The notes below the pieces were generated by a model. It saw nothing but the letters and a program-made list of their open reading frames with translations. It had not been told where the DNA came from and did not search any database. DNA of 64,000 bases from an uncultured delta proteobacterium (GTDB taxonomy: Bacteria > Myxococcota_A > Polyangia > Polyangiales > Polyangiaceae): assembly GCA_963716725.1 (NCBI GenBank), contig CAVQUB010000011.1:384001-448000 (forward strand), written 5' to 3'. Shown here in pieces: positions 41,961-51,523 of this stretch; the first letter of the stretch is position 1; each line of letters opens with the position of its first letter. Made by a program: the position numbers and the translations under genes.

Positions 41961-43301
41961 TCAGTCCAAGTCCCGATCGGCAACGTCGAGGAACAGCGGG
42001 CAGTGGTCGGACAACTCACGTTCCGCGGCGCCCGGACCGCCGGCGGGAGCCGCAGCGCACGCTGAATCGCCGCATCTGCCGGAGACCCGGGTCCGCGGCG
42101 CGGCGCCGAGCTCCGCGAAGGACGCCGAGGCGACGAAGTGGTCGAGCAGCGTACCGTGCCCGCGGTAGTACTCGGAACAGGTCGCGCTGGCGGGGATCCG
42201 GCGGTAACGCGTGGAGAGGGCGCCCAGCGCGCGGTCGGTGCTCGCGAGCTCGTCGGTGGCCGAGATCGCCGGCGAGCAGTCCTTGCAGCCCATGGTGTTG
42301 AAGTCGCCGGCCAGTAGCACGTCGGAGTCGCCCTCGACTCCGAGCAACGCGCGGTGCGCCGCGACGATGGCCGAGATCGATTTGTTGCGTAGGTCCAGCG
42401 AGCGACGGTCGCTGCCGCTCTTGCTGTGGATGGACACGAAGTGCAGATCGAGTCCGCCAGGCAGAGTCAGGTGCAGCGAGAAGCCCGGCCGCAGGCTGTC
42501 CTTGCACGCCTCGCCGTGGGGATTCATCGCCGCGACGGTGGTCGCGCCTTTGGCGGCGACGCGGCGCGCGTCGTAGATCACGCCCACGTGCTGGGCCGCG
42601 GTGTTGGGGCAGTCGTCGAAGGCTGCGGCCCACTTGCCTCGGGTATGACGATCGAGCGTGCCCAGCAACTCGGTCATGGCCAATCGTGCTCGCGCATTCG
42701 TCTTGAACTCCTGCACCGCGAGCGCGTCCACGTTCGACCAAGCGACGATGCACGCCAGCCAAGGCAGATCCGTCCCGCCGCCGTCCGCGCCCTTGCCGGG
42801 CTTGCCATCGGGGAACCAGCGGACGTTCCAGGTCCCAAAGCGCGCCGTGCCTTCCGGCTTTGGCAGCCGACGACCCTCGGAGAGCGCGCGCTCACAGGCC
42901 CCTCGAGAGGCCCACGGCGATTCGGCAGCTGACGAGGGACCGGCGTCCCGAGCCTCGATCGCCACCGGCGCTCCCGCGCCCGCCAGGTAGCGACGAGTGA
43001 GCCATCCCCGGGTGCCGTCTGCGGCGCGCACCTCGAGCCAACTCCCGTCGGGGCTCTTGGTGAGGACCTCGACCTCGCTGCCATCGGCGAGGCGGGCCGA
43101 AATCGCAGCTGCGCGTTCGGTCGGATGCAGGGGCACGCCGTCGGGTTTCGTGGCGCGCAGGCGGACCTTCTCGCCTGCGTGAGCTGCGCTCGCTGCCGGA
43201 TTCGGGGGCGCGCTCGACGCTCCGGAGGGCGACGGGAGCGTCCGGCCGTCGCGACAACCGCTCGCGCACGACAAGAGCAAAGCGGCGAGCCACAGGCGCA
43301 T
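41961..43301 (-). CDS. SH3-like + endonuclease/exonuclease/phosphatase family lipoprotein
   Basis: ASGC lipobox; WLEVRAADGTRGWLTRRYL; TWNVRWF, AVQEF, HSKSG, AGDFN, LDHF, SDHCP. Confidence 0.88.
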   Translation of the reverse strand: MRLWLAALLLSCASGCRDGRTLPSPSGASSAPPNPAASAAHAGEKVRLRATKPDGVPLHPTERAAAISARLADGSEVEVLTKSPDGSWLEVRAADGTRGWLTRRYLAGAGAPVAIEARDAGPSSAAESPWASRGACERALSEGRRLPKPEGTARFGTWNVRWFPDGKPGKGADGGGTDLPWLACIVAWSNVDALAVQEFKTNARARLAMTELLGTLDRHTRGKWAAAFDDCPNTAAQHVGVIYDARRVAAKGATTVAAMNPHGEACKDSLRPGFSLHLTLPGGLDLHFVSIHSKSGSDRRSLDLRNKSISAIVAAHRALLGVEGDSDVLLAGDFNTMGCKDCSPAISATDELASTDRALGALSTRYRRIPASATCSEYYRGHGTLLDHFVASASFAELGAAPRTRVSGRCGDSACAAAPAGGPGAAERELSDHCPLFLDVADRDLD

Positions 43302-43321
43302 CCGCGGCACGCTATCACGCC

Positions 43322-44272
43322 TCACTCGATGCTGATCTTGGCGTCGAAGCGGCGACCCGCAGCGTGGACGAAGTAGGCCCGACCGGGCACGCCGGGGCGC
43401 GGCGGGTCGAAGCCCATCGCCACGGTGTGACGCGGATCCTCGTAGTCTTCCTCGGGCTCGACCGACGATAGAGTGACCTCGATCCGCAACGTCTCGGATC
43501 CTGCCTTCGCCTCCGCCTTGCTGAGCGCGAAGCGACCTGTCTGCAGGAGCAAGAGCGTGCGATCGACCAGCCTCGAGATGTGCGCTGGCAACGCATCGCG
43601 CTTGCTCACCACACTTCGCTCGATGCGGCCTTCTCCGTCGATCACGATCACAACGCTCGCCGCGCCCGCCGCGCCGATCGGGAGGTCGTCCCAGGTCGGG
43701 TCTTTGTGTGTCGCGGCGGTGACCGCCTTGGCGAACGCCTTGGCCAAATTTGCGACGCTGGGCGCCGACCCGCTGGTCCCCGCGCTCGGGCTCCCGGCAG
43801 CATCGCCGGCAGGCGCGGAGGCCGCCGCAACGGAAGCAGCGCCGCTCGCGGATCCGGGCTCGGATCGCCGCGGGGCGGGGGCGGGAACGGTCGCGGGGGC
43901 GGTCGCGGGGGCGGTCGCGGCTCGCCTTCTGGGCGAAGCGCGCCGCGCGGGTGCAGGCGCAGGCGCAGCGGTCGCCGGATCGGGTGCAGGCGCAGGCGCA
44001 GCGGTCGCCGGATCGGGTGCGGGCGCTCGTGCCGTGGCTTCGGGCTCCCCGGCCGCAGCGGCGGCGCCGGGCGCCACGGGTGCCGCGGCGGCCACGCGCT
44101 TTTGGGCCTCGATGACCACGTCGATATCGAAGGTGTCACCGCTGACGCTGGCGCCGCTCTCTCCTCGACTAGTGCTGCTGGCGCCGCGAACCGTCATCAG
44201 CACCGCGAGCCCAAAGACGAGCGCGTGGACAAAGGCGGAGACCGCCAGGGCGGGACGGAGCGGCTCGACCAT
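43322..44272 (-). CDS. TonB/TolA-like membrane-anchored protein with Pro/Ala linker
   Basis: N-terminal SAFVHAL TM segment, duplicated DPATAAPAPAP linker, C-terminal VIDGEGRIE. Confidence 0.6.
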   Translation of the reverse strand: MVEPLRPALAVSAFVHALVFGLAVLMTVRGASSTSRGESGASVSGDTFDIDVVIEAQKRVAAAAPVAPGAAAAAGEPEATARAPAPDPATAAPAPAPDPATAAPAPAPARRASPRRRAATAPATAPATVPAPAPRRSEPGSASGAASVAAASAPAGDAAGSPSAGTSGSAPSVANLAKAFAKAVTAATHKDPTWDDLPIGAAGAASVVIVIDGEGRIERSVVSKRDALPAHISRLVDRTLLLLQTGRFALSKAEAKAGSETLRIEVTLSSVEPEEDYEDPRHTVAMGFDPPRPGVPGRAYFVHAAGRRFDAKISIE

Positions 44273-44375
44273 GGACGACGACACGGCGATTGTGACACCC
44301 GCGGGCGGCTCCGGGTTCCGAGGCAGGCATTGTCGGCGGAATCCGCTAGGGTGGCCTGGCGTTGGAGTGCATGAA

Positions 44376-45581
44376 ATGGCGTGGACTCGCAGACTCTTGG
44401 GACTCGGACTTCTGGTCGTCGCCTGCCAAAGCCCACCGGTGGAGCGCTCCCCGAGTGCAGACACCGGCGCATCGAAGAACGCAGCGGGCTCGGCGGAGGC
44501 CCCGCTGTCAGCGAGTGCGGTCCCGCCCATCGTCCCCGCGAACAGCCTCAGCGAGGGTGAGTTCACCCGCCTGTTCCACGAGCTGTCCGAGCCCGACCGC
44601 TATTTCTTCAGCGACAACTTCGTCTCGAACGAGACGAGCTATCTGCAACCCATCGCCGAGCTCAGCGCCCGAGCAGCCAAGGGCGGGGCCTACCTGGGGG
44701 TCGGACCGGAGCAGAACTTCAGCTACCTCGCGCTGCTCGAGCCGAAGCTCGCGTTCATCGTGGACATCCGCCGCGCCAATGCCCTGGAGCACTTGCTCTA
44801 CAAAGCGATCTTCGAAGAGGCCACATCGCGCTCCCACTTCGTGGCGTTGCTGCTCGCGCGCGACTACGACGCGGAGACAGATCCCGGCCCTTCAGCGCCG
44901 ATCAAGGCGGTGCTCGCCCATGCCACGCGCAGCACGCCAGATCCAAAACGCTTCTTGGATCTGCACGCGATGCTCGTGAAGAAGCTCCAAAGCAAGGGTC
45001 TCTCTTTCGGAGCCGAGGACCAGAAGACGCTGACGGCGACTCACCGGGCATTCTTCGATCGGGGCCTCGAGCTTTCTTTCGAACTCCACGACAAGAACGG
45101 CCGCAAGTACCCGCGCTTGAGCGAGTTGCTCTCGGCGGAGGACTCCCGGGGCTCGACGGGCTTCTTGGGGACCGAGGCCGCGTTCCGCACCGTGCAACAG
45201 CTGCAGCGAGACAACCGCATCATCCCCGTGGTGGGCGACTTCGCAGGCGACCACGCGATCCTGCGCATCGCAGCAGAACTTCGTCGCCGGGCCCTCCCGG
45301 TGAGCGTCTTTTATACGTCGAACGTCGAGCAGTACCTGATGGAGCCGGACAAGTGGAAGGCCTGGACGCGCAATGTCGAAGCGCTCCCGTCCAACGAAAA
45401 GAGCCTGTTCTTACGCTGCTACCTCGATCAAGGCCGCCGCCACCCGCTTCAGCTCCAGGGGCATCGCACGGCGACCGTGGTGGCGTCGTTCGACCACTTC
45501 AAGTGGCGCAACAAGACCCGGGGCTACGGCAGCTTCTTTCAGTTGGTAACGGACGGGCTCGGCGCCGACGCCGGTCACTGA
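44376..45581 (+). CDS. Uncharacterised lipoprotein
   Basis: Lipobox VVAC; SDNFVSNETSY, GGAYLGVGPEQNFSY, FIVDIRRAN, FYTSNVEQYL. Confidence 0.8.
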   Translation: MAWTRRLLGLGLLVVACQSPPVERSPSADTGASKNAAGSAEAPLSASAVPPIVPANSLSEGEFTRLFHELSEPDRYFFSDNFVSNETSYLQPIAELSARAAKGGAYLGVGPEQNFSYLALLEPKLAFIVDIRRANALEHLLYKAIFEEATSRSHFVALLLARDYDAETDPGPSAPIKAVLAHATRSTPDPKRFLDLHAMLVKKLQSKGLSFGAEDQKTLTATHRAFFDRGLELSFELHDKNGRKYPRLSELLSAEDSRGSTGFLGTEAAFRTVQQLQRDNRIIPVVGDFAGDHAILRIAAELRRRALPVSVFYTSNVEQYLMEPDKWKAWTRNVEALPSNEKSLFLRCYLDQGRRHPLQLQGHRTATVVASFDHFKWRNKTRGYGSFFQLVTDGLGADAGH

Positions 45582-46909
45582 AGCTTGGGCAGCAGGGGCA
45601 GCGCGTCTTTCACCAGCACCGTCTCTGCGAGCTCGGCCGCGACGGCCTCCGCCTCTTTCTCATCATCGAAGAACGCGAGCTGGTGATCGAGCTTCTTCCG
45701 AGCGTGCGCGGTCCCGACGTTGAGCAGCGCGCCTCCGTAGCCGGAGCGGCCCTCTCCCGAACCGAGGCGCTCGGCGACGCGGGCGACTCCGCCGGCGCGG
45801 TGGATCGCCGTGCGGGTGCTCTCGGTGCGTGTCACCGCGTCATCCAGGGTCGTTCGCACCCCGGAGCTGCCCGGCACGATGGCCACCGCAAGCTTGAGGT
45901 AGTCCAGGTAGTCGCCGCTCCCGCGCCAGATGCGCATCACCTGCCGATAGATGTTCGAGGTCGGAAGCCCCGTCATCGCGTCGAGCACGGTGAGCAGCCG
46001 ACCGAGGCTGTCTTCGGCTTCGAGCCGAGCACCGAGCCAGCTCCGGTAGTCCGAGCTCGCGGCCAGCTTCCGTTGCAGCGCGCGGCCCCGCTCGAGCTCG
46101 GGCAGGCGGTCTCGATCGCGCTCGGGATAGGCTGCTCCTACACCGGAATCGTCGTTGCTGTCGCGCACGACGCCGAGCAGCACCTTCCGCACATTGGACG
46201 ACAGGCTCGCGGAGCCTGCATCGGTGGCGCGGGCGGTGAGCCCGACGGCGACGATGGCCACCTCGGTGCGACCCAGACGTTCGCGATCCGACTCGATGCG
46301 CGCCAGGACGAGCAGCAGCACCGAGTGGTAGTCCTGCCGGCCAACCTGGTACGGCAACGCAAAGGGCAAGGCTCCCCCCGAGTCGAGCGTGTCGAGCTGC
46401 CGAACCAGGCGATACTGCTCTTCGCGGCCTTCGTCGATGGCGCGCCGGACCCTCACCAACTGCGACAGCAACGAGCCGAGCGCAAAGTCCAGGCGGCGGA
46501 TCTCGTCGTAGTCGGTGTGGACGTGATCGCGCGCGAGTTTCCAGCCGCGCGTGGCACGCTCCCGATCCGCGGCGGACATGTCAGCGGTGAAGGTCAGCCG
46601 TTCGGGCACGATGCGCTCGACTCGGAATCGCGAGTTGTCGTCGGCGACGCGCACGAAGAAGGCGACCTCGCGCTGCTGCAGGGCGTCGAGGGCGACGATG
46701 CCTTTTTGCGCAAGCACGCGGTAAGCGTCAAAGCTGCCAGCCCGCGCGCTTCTCTCCACCTTCAAATAGGCTTCGGCGTAGTGAGTGTAGGAGCCGGACA
46801 CCCAGGCCTTGCCGTGCAGGTGTGCCAGCGGCGTTTCGGGCTGCCGAGGCGTACAGCCCAGCACGCCGACCACCAGGCTCTCGATGAGGAGCTCCCGGCG
46901 GGTCCACAT
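45575..46909 (-). CDS. Hypothetical helical lipoprotein
   Basis: TRRELL...VLGC signal; start overlaps the upstream gene's stop at 46909. Confidence 0.72.
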   Translation of the reverse strand: MWTRRELLIESLVVGVLGCTPRQPETPLAHLHGKAWVSGSYTHYAEAYLKVERSARAGSFDAYRVLAQKGIVALDALQQREVAFFVRVADDNSRFRVERIVPERLTFTADMSAADRERATRGWKLARDHVHTDYDEIRRLDFALGSLLSQLVRVRRAIDEGREEQYRLVRQLDTLDSGGALPFALPYQVGRQDYHSVLLLVLARIESDRERLGRTEVAIVAVGLTARATDAGSASLSSNVRKVLLGVVRDSNDDSGVGAAYPERDRDRLPELERGRALQRKLAASSDYRSWLGARLEAEDSLGRLLTVLDAMTGLPTSNIYRQVMRIWRGSGDYLDYLKLAVAIVPGSSGVRTTLDDAVTRTESTRTAIHRAGGVARVAERLGSGEGRSGYGGALLNVGTAHARKKLDHQLAFFDDEKEAEAVAAELAETVLVKDALPLLPKLQ

Positions 46910-48087
46910 CAGAGCACCGTGAGGTTCGAATAATTCTGAAACCGCTCGGCGGTCGCGCCCGGGCGCTTCGACGCCACGCCGGGGGGCCCCGCATTTCCCC
47001 TGGCGCCCGACGCGCCCTCGACTCCCTCATTTCCATCTGCCCCTGCCGGATGCGTCCCGGATCCGCTCCCGCCCCGGCCGACCGAGCCACCGCGTCCTCC
47101 CGCTCCACTCGCCCCGGCAGAGCCGCCGCCCACGTCGAGAGCGATGAGTCCGCCCAGCTCCGGGAATCGCTCGTCGAAGATCAGCTCGATGCGACCGCCC
47201 GGACCACCGCTGCCACCGTTGCCACCGTTCCCGCCTGGCCCTCCCGTGCCGCCGGCGCCGGGTGGACTGCCGCCGCCCCCGCTCCCACCGTCGCCCCCAC
47301 GCCCACCGCCCGCGCCGCCACCACCCGCGCCGCCCCGCGCGACGATCACCAGTTTGCTTTCGGGATGAAAGAGCACGACATCGCTCACCGCGCCTTCGAT
47401 CCGAACTGCAACGAGCTTGTCGTAGAACGCCGTCTTGACGAAGGTCGCCCGGACGACCAGCTCGGGTCCATTTCCGCCCTGGCCGCCGGGACCGCCGGGC
47501 GAACCCGGCGATCCGTCACGGCCGGATCCACCCGCGCTGCTGGATGAGCCCGAGGAACCGGACTCGCCGCTGCGCCCGCCCTCGCCCGCGCGACCCGTCG
47601 GTCCCATGGACCCCTCGGCTCCCGCCTCGCGAATGCAGCGGTAGTCCGGCTTGTAGGTGGTGGTGAAGGAGAACTTGTCGGGGCGCCGTCGGTACACGCT
47701 GGTGATGCTGATTTCCTGCGCGGCCGTCGCTAGCACGTCGGCCTTGGGCGTGAACCAGCCGCTCGCATCGAAACCGCCGTGCTCGCTGTGAAATGCGAAG
47801 TCGTCGAAGTCGAGCTTGCCGTTTCTGTTGGCCCCGGCCTCGCCGCCCCAAGTCTCGAGCTTCTCGACCTTTGCCTCGCCGGCAAGCACGACGTCCGCGA
47901 ACACCGCCATTTGCACGCGCTCTCGCGGACAAATGGTCTTCTCGCGCTTTCGGATGTCGACGCTCATCGACTTCACGTCGGCGCCCTCCAGATCGACCGT
48001 GTTGGCTCCGGCCAGCGTGCGCAGGGCCCCGCAGCCGATCCCGACGGTGGCCAGCGAGATCAGCGCCGCGAGCCCGAGTCGCCTCAA
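46909..48087 (-). CDS. Lipoprotein with Gly-X-Y/Gly-rich repeats
   Basis: GIGC lipobox; GSMGPTGRAGEGGRSGESG...GSPGSPGGPGGQG blocks. Confidence 0.75.
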   Translation of the reverse strand: MRRLGLAALISLATVGIGCGALRTLAGANTVDLEGADVKSMSVDIRKREKTICPRERVQMAVFADVVLAGEAKVEKLETWGGEAGANRNGKLDFDDFAFHSEHGGFDASGWFTPKADVLATAAQEISITSVYRRRPDKFSFTTTYKPDYRCIREAGAEGSMGPTGRAGEGGRSGESGSSGSSSSAGGSGRDGSPGSPGGPGGQGGNGPELVVRATFVKTAFYDKLVAVRIEGAVSDVVLFHPESKLVIVARGGAGGGGAGGGRGGDGGSGGGGSPPGAGGTGGPGGNGGNGGSGGPGGRIELIFDERFPELGGLIALDVGGGSAGASGAGGRGGSVGRGGSGSGTHPAGADGNEGVEGASGARGNAGPPGVASKRPGATAERFQNYSNLTVL

Positions 48088-49994
48088 GCCGTCCCCGTGG
48101 GGGGGTCGAAGAGCGCCACGATCCGATCGCGATCGAGGGTCTCGTCCTCCAGCAACGCATCGACCATGCGGTCGAGTTCGGCCCGCCGCTCGCCGATCAG
48201 CAGCTTTGCGCGCTCGACCGCCTCGCTCAAGAAAGTCCGCGTCTCTTCCTCGATGACGTGCACCGTCGCGTCACTCGTGCCTCCTTCGATGGCGAGCCGT
48301 TGACCCAAGAACGGATGCTCGGTTCGGTGCTCGTGATACACGGGGCCCACCCGCTCGCTCATGCCGAAGTGAGCCACCATTTTGAAGGCGATGTCGGTGG
48401 CCTTCTGCAGATCGTTGGCAGCTCCGCTCGAGACGTCACCGAAGACGACGCTCTCGGCGGCGTACCCCCCCATCAGCATGACCAGTCGCGCGGAGAGCTC
48501 GGCTCGCGTCATGATGTGGCGATCCGCGCCCGGGGTCTGTTGGGTCACGCCCAAGGCCATGCCGCGCGGGATGATGGTCACGCGCTCGAGGGGTTCGGAG
48601 TCTTTCGTGAAGTGCGCAACCACGGCGTGCCCAGCCTCGTGCACGGCCACTCGCTTCTTCTCGTGGGGGTCGAGCTTCGTCTCTCGCGGATCCCCGAGCA
48701 CGATCTTGTCGTAGGCCGCCAAGAAGTCGCTCTGCTCGATGAAATCAGCGCCGCGTCGCGTCGCGCCGAGGGCCGCCTCGTTCACCAAATTTGCCAGATC
48801 GGCGCCGGAAAACCCCGGGGTGTTCCTGGCGACGGAGTCCAAGTTGATCTCGGGAGCCAGGGGTTTGTCCTTGGTGTGGACCACGAGGATGGCGCGGCGA
48901 GCCGCGCACTCGGGGCGATCCACCATCACGCGCCGATCGAAGCGCCCCGGTCGCAGGAGGGCCGAGTCGAGCACGTCGGGGCGATTGGTGGCCGCGAGCA
49001 CGATGGTCAGATCGTTGCGCGAGAACCCGTCCATCTCGGACAAGAGCTGATTCAGGGTCTGCTCCCGCTCGTCATGGCCACCGCCCATGCCGGCGCCTCG
49101 CGAGCGCCCGACAGCGTCGATCTCGTCGATGAACAGGATGGCGGGCGCTACCTTCTTGGCTTCCTCGAACAGCTCGCGCACGCGCGCCGCCCCGACCCCG
49201 ACGAAGAGCTCGATGAACTCGGAGCCGTTGATCGAGAAGAACGGAACCTTGGCTTCGCCCGCGACGGCGCGAGCCAGCAAGGTCTTGCCCGTTCCCGGCG
49301 GGCCCACCAGCAGGATGCCGCGCGGGACCTTGCCGCCGAGGCGCCGGAAGTGCTCCGGGTGGCGCAGGAACTCGACGACTTCGAGCAGATCTTGTTTGGC
49401 CGAGGCGAGGCCGGCGACGTCGTCGAAGGTGACGTTCACCTGACCTTCGCGCTCGAAGCGGTGCTTTCGGCTCTTGAGCATGCCGCCCGCGCCGAAGGGC
49501 CCGCCCGACCCCATCATGCGAGAAGCGCGCCGCGAGAACCAGACCCAAAGCCCGATGATCAAGGCAAAGGGGATCAAATTCACCAAGAGCTGGAGCGCAA
49601 AGGGCTGCTCTTCGCTCTTCACCGAGACCTCGACGCTCTTGCCCCGGAGCAGCGGCAAGAGGTCCCGGTCGTCCTGGCTGGGAACCATCGACTTGAAGGT
49701 CTCGATGGGACGACCCTCGATGTTCTCCTTCTGCTTGAGCTTACCGGTGACCTGCTGACCACGCAGCGTCACGTTCCGGACCTTGCCTTCGTCCGCGAGG
49801 CGGTAGAGCTGCGTGTAGCTGATCTCCGGATGAGGCTCGCTGACCGAGCCAAAGTACTGCCAGGCCCAGAAGCTGGCCAGCAGGAGCGCGAGGATGACCC
49901 AACCCTTCCACGACGGACGTCCGGCGGATGTGGATTCCCCGGGAGTCTGGGGCGACTCCGGCGGCGACGCAGGCGGTGGCATGCTCTGGGACAT
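48084..49994 (-). CDS. ftsH: ATP-dependent zinc metalloprotease FtsH
   Basis: Two TMs, [45 protein letters not shown]. Confidence 0.96.
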   Translation of the reverse strand: MSQSMPPPASPPESPQTPGESTSAGRPSWKGWVILALLLASFWAWQYFGSVSEPHPEISYTQLYRLADEGKVRNVTLRGQQVTGKLKQKENIEGRPIETFKSMVPSQDDRDLLPLLRGKSVEVSVKSEEQPFALQLLVNLIPFALIIGLWVWFSRRASRMMGSGGPFGAGGMLKSRKHRFEREGQVNVTFDDVAGLASAKQDLLEVVEFLRHPEHFRRLGGKVPRGILLVGPPGTGKTLLARAVAGEAKVPFFSINGSEFIELFVGVGAARVRELFEEAKKVAPAILFIDEIDAVGRSRGAGMGGGHDEREQTLNQLLSEMDGFSRNDLTIVLAATNRPDVLDSALLRPGRFDRRVMVDRPECAARRAILVVHTKDKPLAPEINLDSVARNTPGFSGADLANLVNEAALGATRRGADFIEQSDFLAAYDKIVLGDPRETKLDPHEKKRVAVHEAGHAVVAHFTKDSEPLERVTIIPRGMALGVTQQTPGADRHIMTRAELSARLVMLMGGYAAESVVFGDVSSGAANDLQKATDIAFKMVAHFGMSERVGPVYHEHRTEHPFLGQRLAIEGGTSDATVHVIEEETRTFLSEAVERAKLLIGERRAELDRMVDALLEDETLDRDRIVALFDPPTGTA

Positions 49995-50002
49995 GGCGCC
50001 CT

Positions 50003-50359
50003 TCAGGAGTCGCTACGTTCCGGATCTTTGCGACGACTGGGCGCGGTCGACGCTCCGACCACCCATTCGAGCTCCGGCACGACCTCGTCGAACTCGATGG
50101 CCATGCGATGCGGCCAGAGACCATGTGGATCGGCTTCGTTGTTCTCCACGCGAACGACTCGTCCCGTGACGCGCTTGGGCACCGCCTGGTCGGGCAGCTT
50201 GAGGGAGACCTCGATGGGCGCCCCCGGGTCGAGGGTGCTGGCGGTGAGCATGAGGACCCCGCGACTGCTGGCATCGTGCGTCACGGCGATGCCTTCGCGG
50301 AGGGCGTCGACCTTGACGGGGATCCAGACTTGGAAACGATCGTTCTCGCGGCGGGGCAT
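50003..50359 (-). CDS. PilZ domain protein
   Basis: RRENDR, HDASSRG, GRVVRV, MAIEF. Confidence 0.8.
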   Translation of the reverse strand: MPRRENDRFQVWIPVKVDALREGIAVTHDASSRGVLMLTASTLDPGAPIEVSLKLPDQAVPKRVTGRVVRVENNEADPHGLWPHRMAIEFDEVVPELEWVVGASTAPSRRKDPERSDS

Positions 50360-50433
50360 GGCTGGGCGGAGCATAGCCGTTTTCCGTCGAGTGCCCAACG
50401 CTGCTATAGCGAAAAAGTCACAGAGGAATGCTC

Positions 50434-50922
50434 ATGGCGAAAGACATCACTCAGACCGTCACCTTCGACGCAACGCCCGCGGTCGTCTACCGCGCGCTGG
50501 TCGATGCCAAGCAGCACGCCCTCATGACGGGCAGCCGAGCGACCAACGACGGCAAGGTCGGCGGCACCTTCAGCGCCTACGACGCGTACATCGTCGGCTT
50601 CAACATCGAGCTGTCGAAGGGCGAGCGCATCGTGCAAGCGTGGCGCGCCAACGACTGGAGCGACGGAGCGTGGTCCATCGCGCGCTTCGAATTGAAGCGA
50701 GCGGGCACGGGCGGAACGCGCTTGGTCTTCACTCATCACGGAGTGCCCGACTCACATCACAAGGGCATCAGCCAAGGTTGGAAGGACTACTACTGGACGC
50801 CGCTCGGCGCGTGGTTGAGCGAACGCGCGAAGAGGTCCGGTAAGACCAAGGCGACGAAGTCCGGTAAGGCCAAAGCGACGAGGTCCAGTAAGACCAAAGC
50901 GACGAAGCGCAAGGCGCGGTAA
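50434..50922 (+). CDS. SRPBCC/AHSA1-like protein with Lys-rich repeat tail
   Basis: VYRALVD, RIVQAWR, TRLVFTH, QGWKDYYW; three 24-bp repeats encoding KTKATKSG-like units (about 50833-50905). Confidence 0.85.
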   Translation: MAKDITQTVTFDATPAVVYRALVDAKQHALMTGSRATNDGKVGGTFSAYDAYIVGFNIELSKGERIVQAWRANDWSDGAWSIARFELKRAGTGGTRLVFTHHGVPDSHHKGISQGWKDYYWTPLGAWLSERAKRSGKTKATKSGKAKATRSSKTKATKRKAR

Positions 50923-51039
50923 CCGGTCGCGCAAACCCCGCGCCGCCCCGCAATCTTTTCAACACCGAGGCAGCGCAGACGTGTAGGGAAAGCCCCGCCC
51001 CACCCCGATCTCGCGACAATGCAGCGGCGGGGGTCGCCG

Positions 51040-51055
51040 TGGCACGAGCCCTGCT
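51040..51055 (+). promoter_or_regulatory. Putative sigma-54 promoter
   Basis: TGGCACGAGCCCTGCT, GG-N10-GC spacing, just upstream of ATG 51069. Confidence 0.6.
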
Positions 51056-51068
51056 TATCGATGGGTAC

Positions 51069-51431
51069 ATGCCGCACACACCGCCCCAGGTCGAGAGCCC
51101 CGGCGCTCGTCCCGACCGTCGCGCCGATCGCCGCGCGAAGCTCGATCGTCCGGTGATGATCGAGACCGAGGCGGCGTCGCGTCCGGGTCGTGGGCTCGAC
51201 GTCTCGCGCGCCGGACTGGCGGTCGAGAGCGAACTCACGCTCCGTCCGGGTGAGACCGTCGAGGTCTACTTCGAGCTCCCGATCGGCTACGCGATCGAGG
51301 CCCAGGCTGTCGTCACCCGCTGCGAGAAGAACCGCGTCGCCCTGCGCTTCCTGGCGCTGAGCCACGAGGCTGAGGTCGCGCTCCGCTCGTTCTGTCGCAT
51401 CAGCGGCCTGCACCGCTTCGACAAGGCCTGA
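51069..51431 (+). CDS. PilZ domain protein
   Basis: RRADRR, DVSRAG, AVVTRC, ALRF. Confidence 0.82.
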   Translation: MPHTPPQVESPGARPDRRADRRAKLDRPVMIETEAASRPGRGLDVSRAGLAVESELTLRPGETVEVYFELPIGYAIEAQAVVTRCEKNRVALRFLALSHEAEVALRSFCRISGLHRFDKA

Positions 51432-51523
51432 GCCCGGAAAAGCAGCGCGGTGACCCGAGCTGGGCGTCGCTTGGCACGGACTCCGCTTGCGGCGCCGGGG
51501 GGCCGATGGCATCGAGCGCCGCC

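Noticed and set aside
47793..50843. 1016-aa ORF and other long antisense ORFs
   Set aside because: Shadow frames of real genes (ftsH and others), expected at high GC
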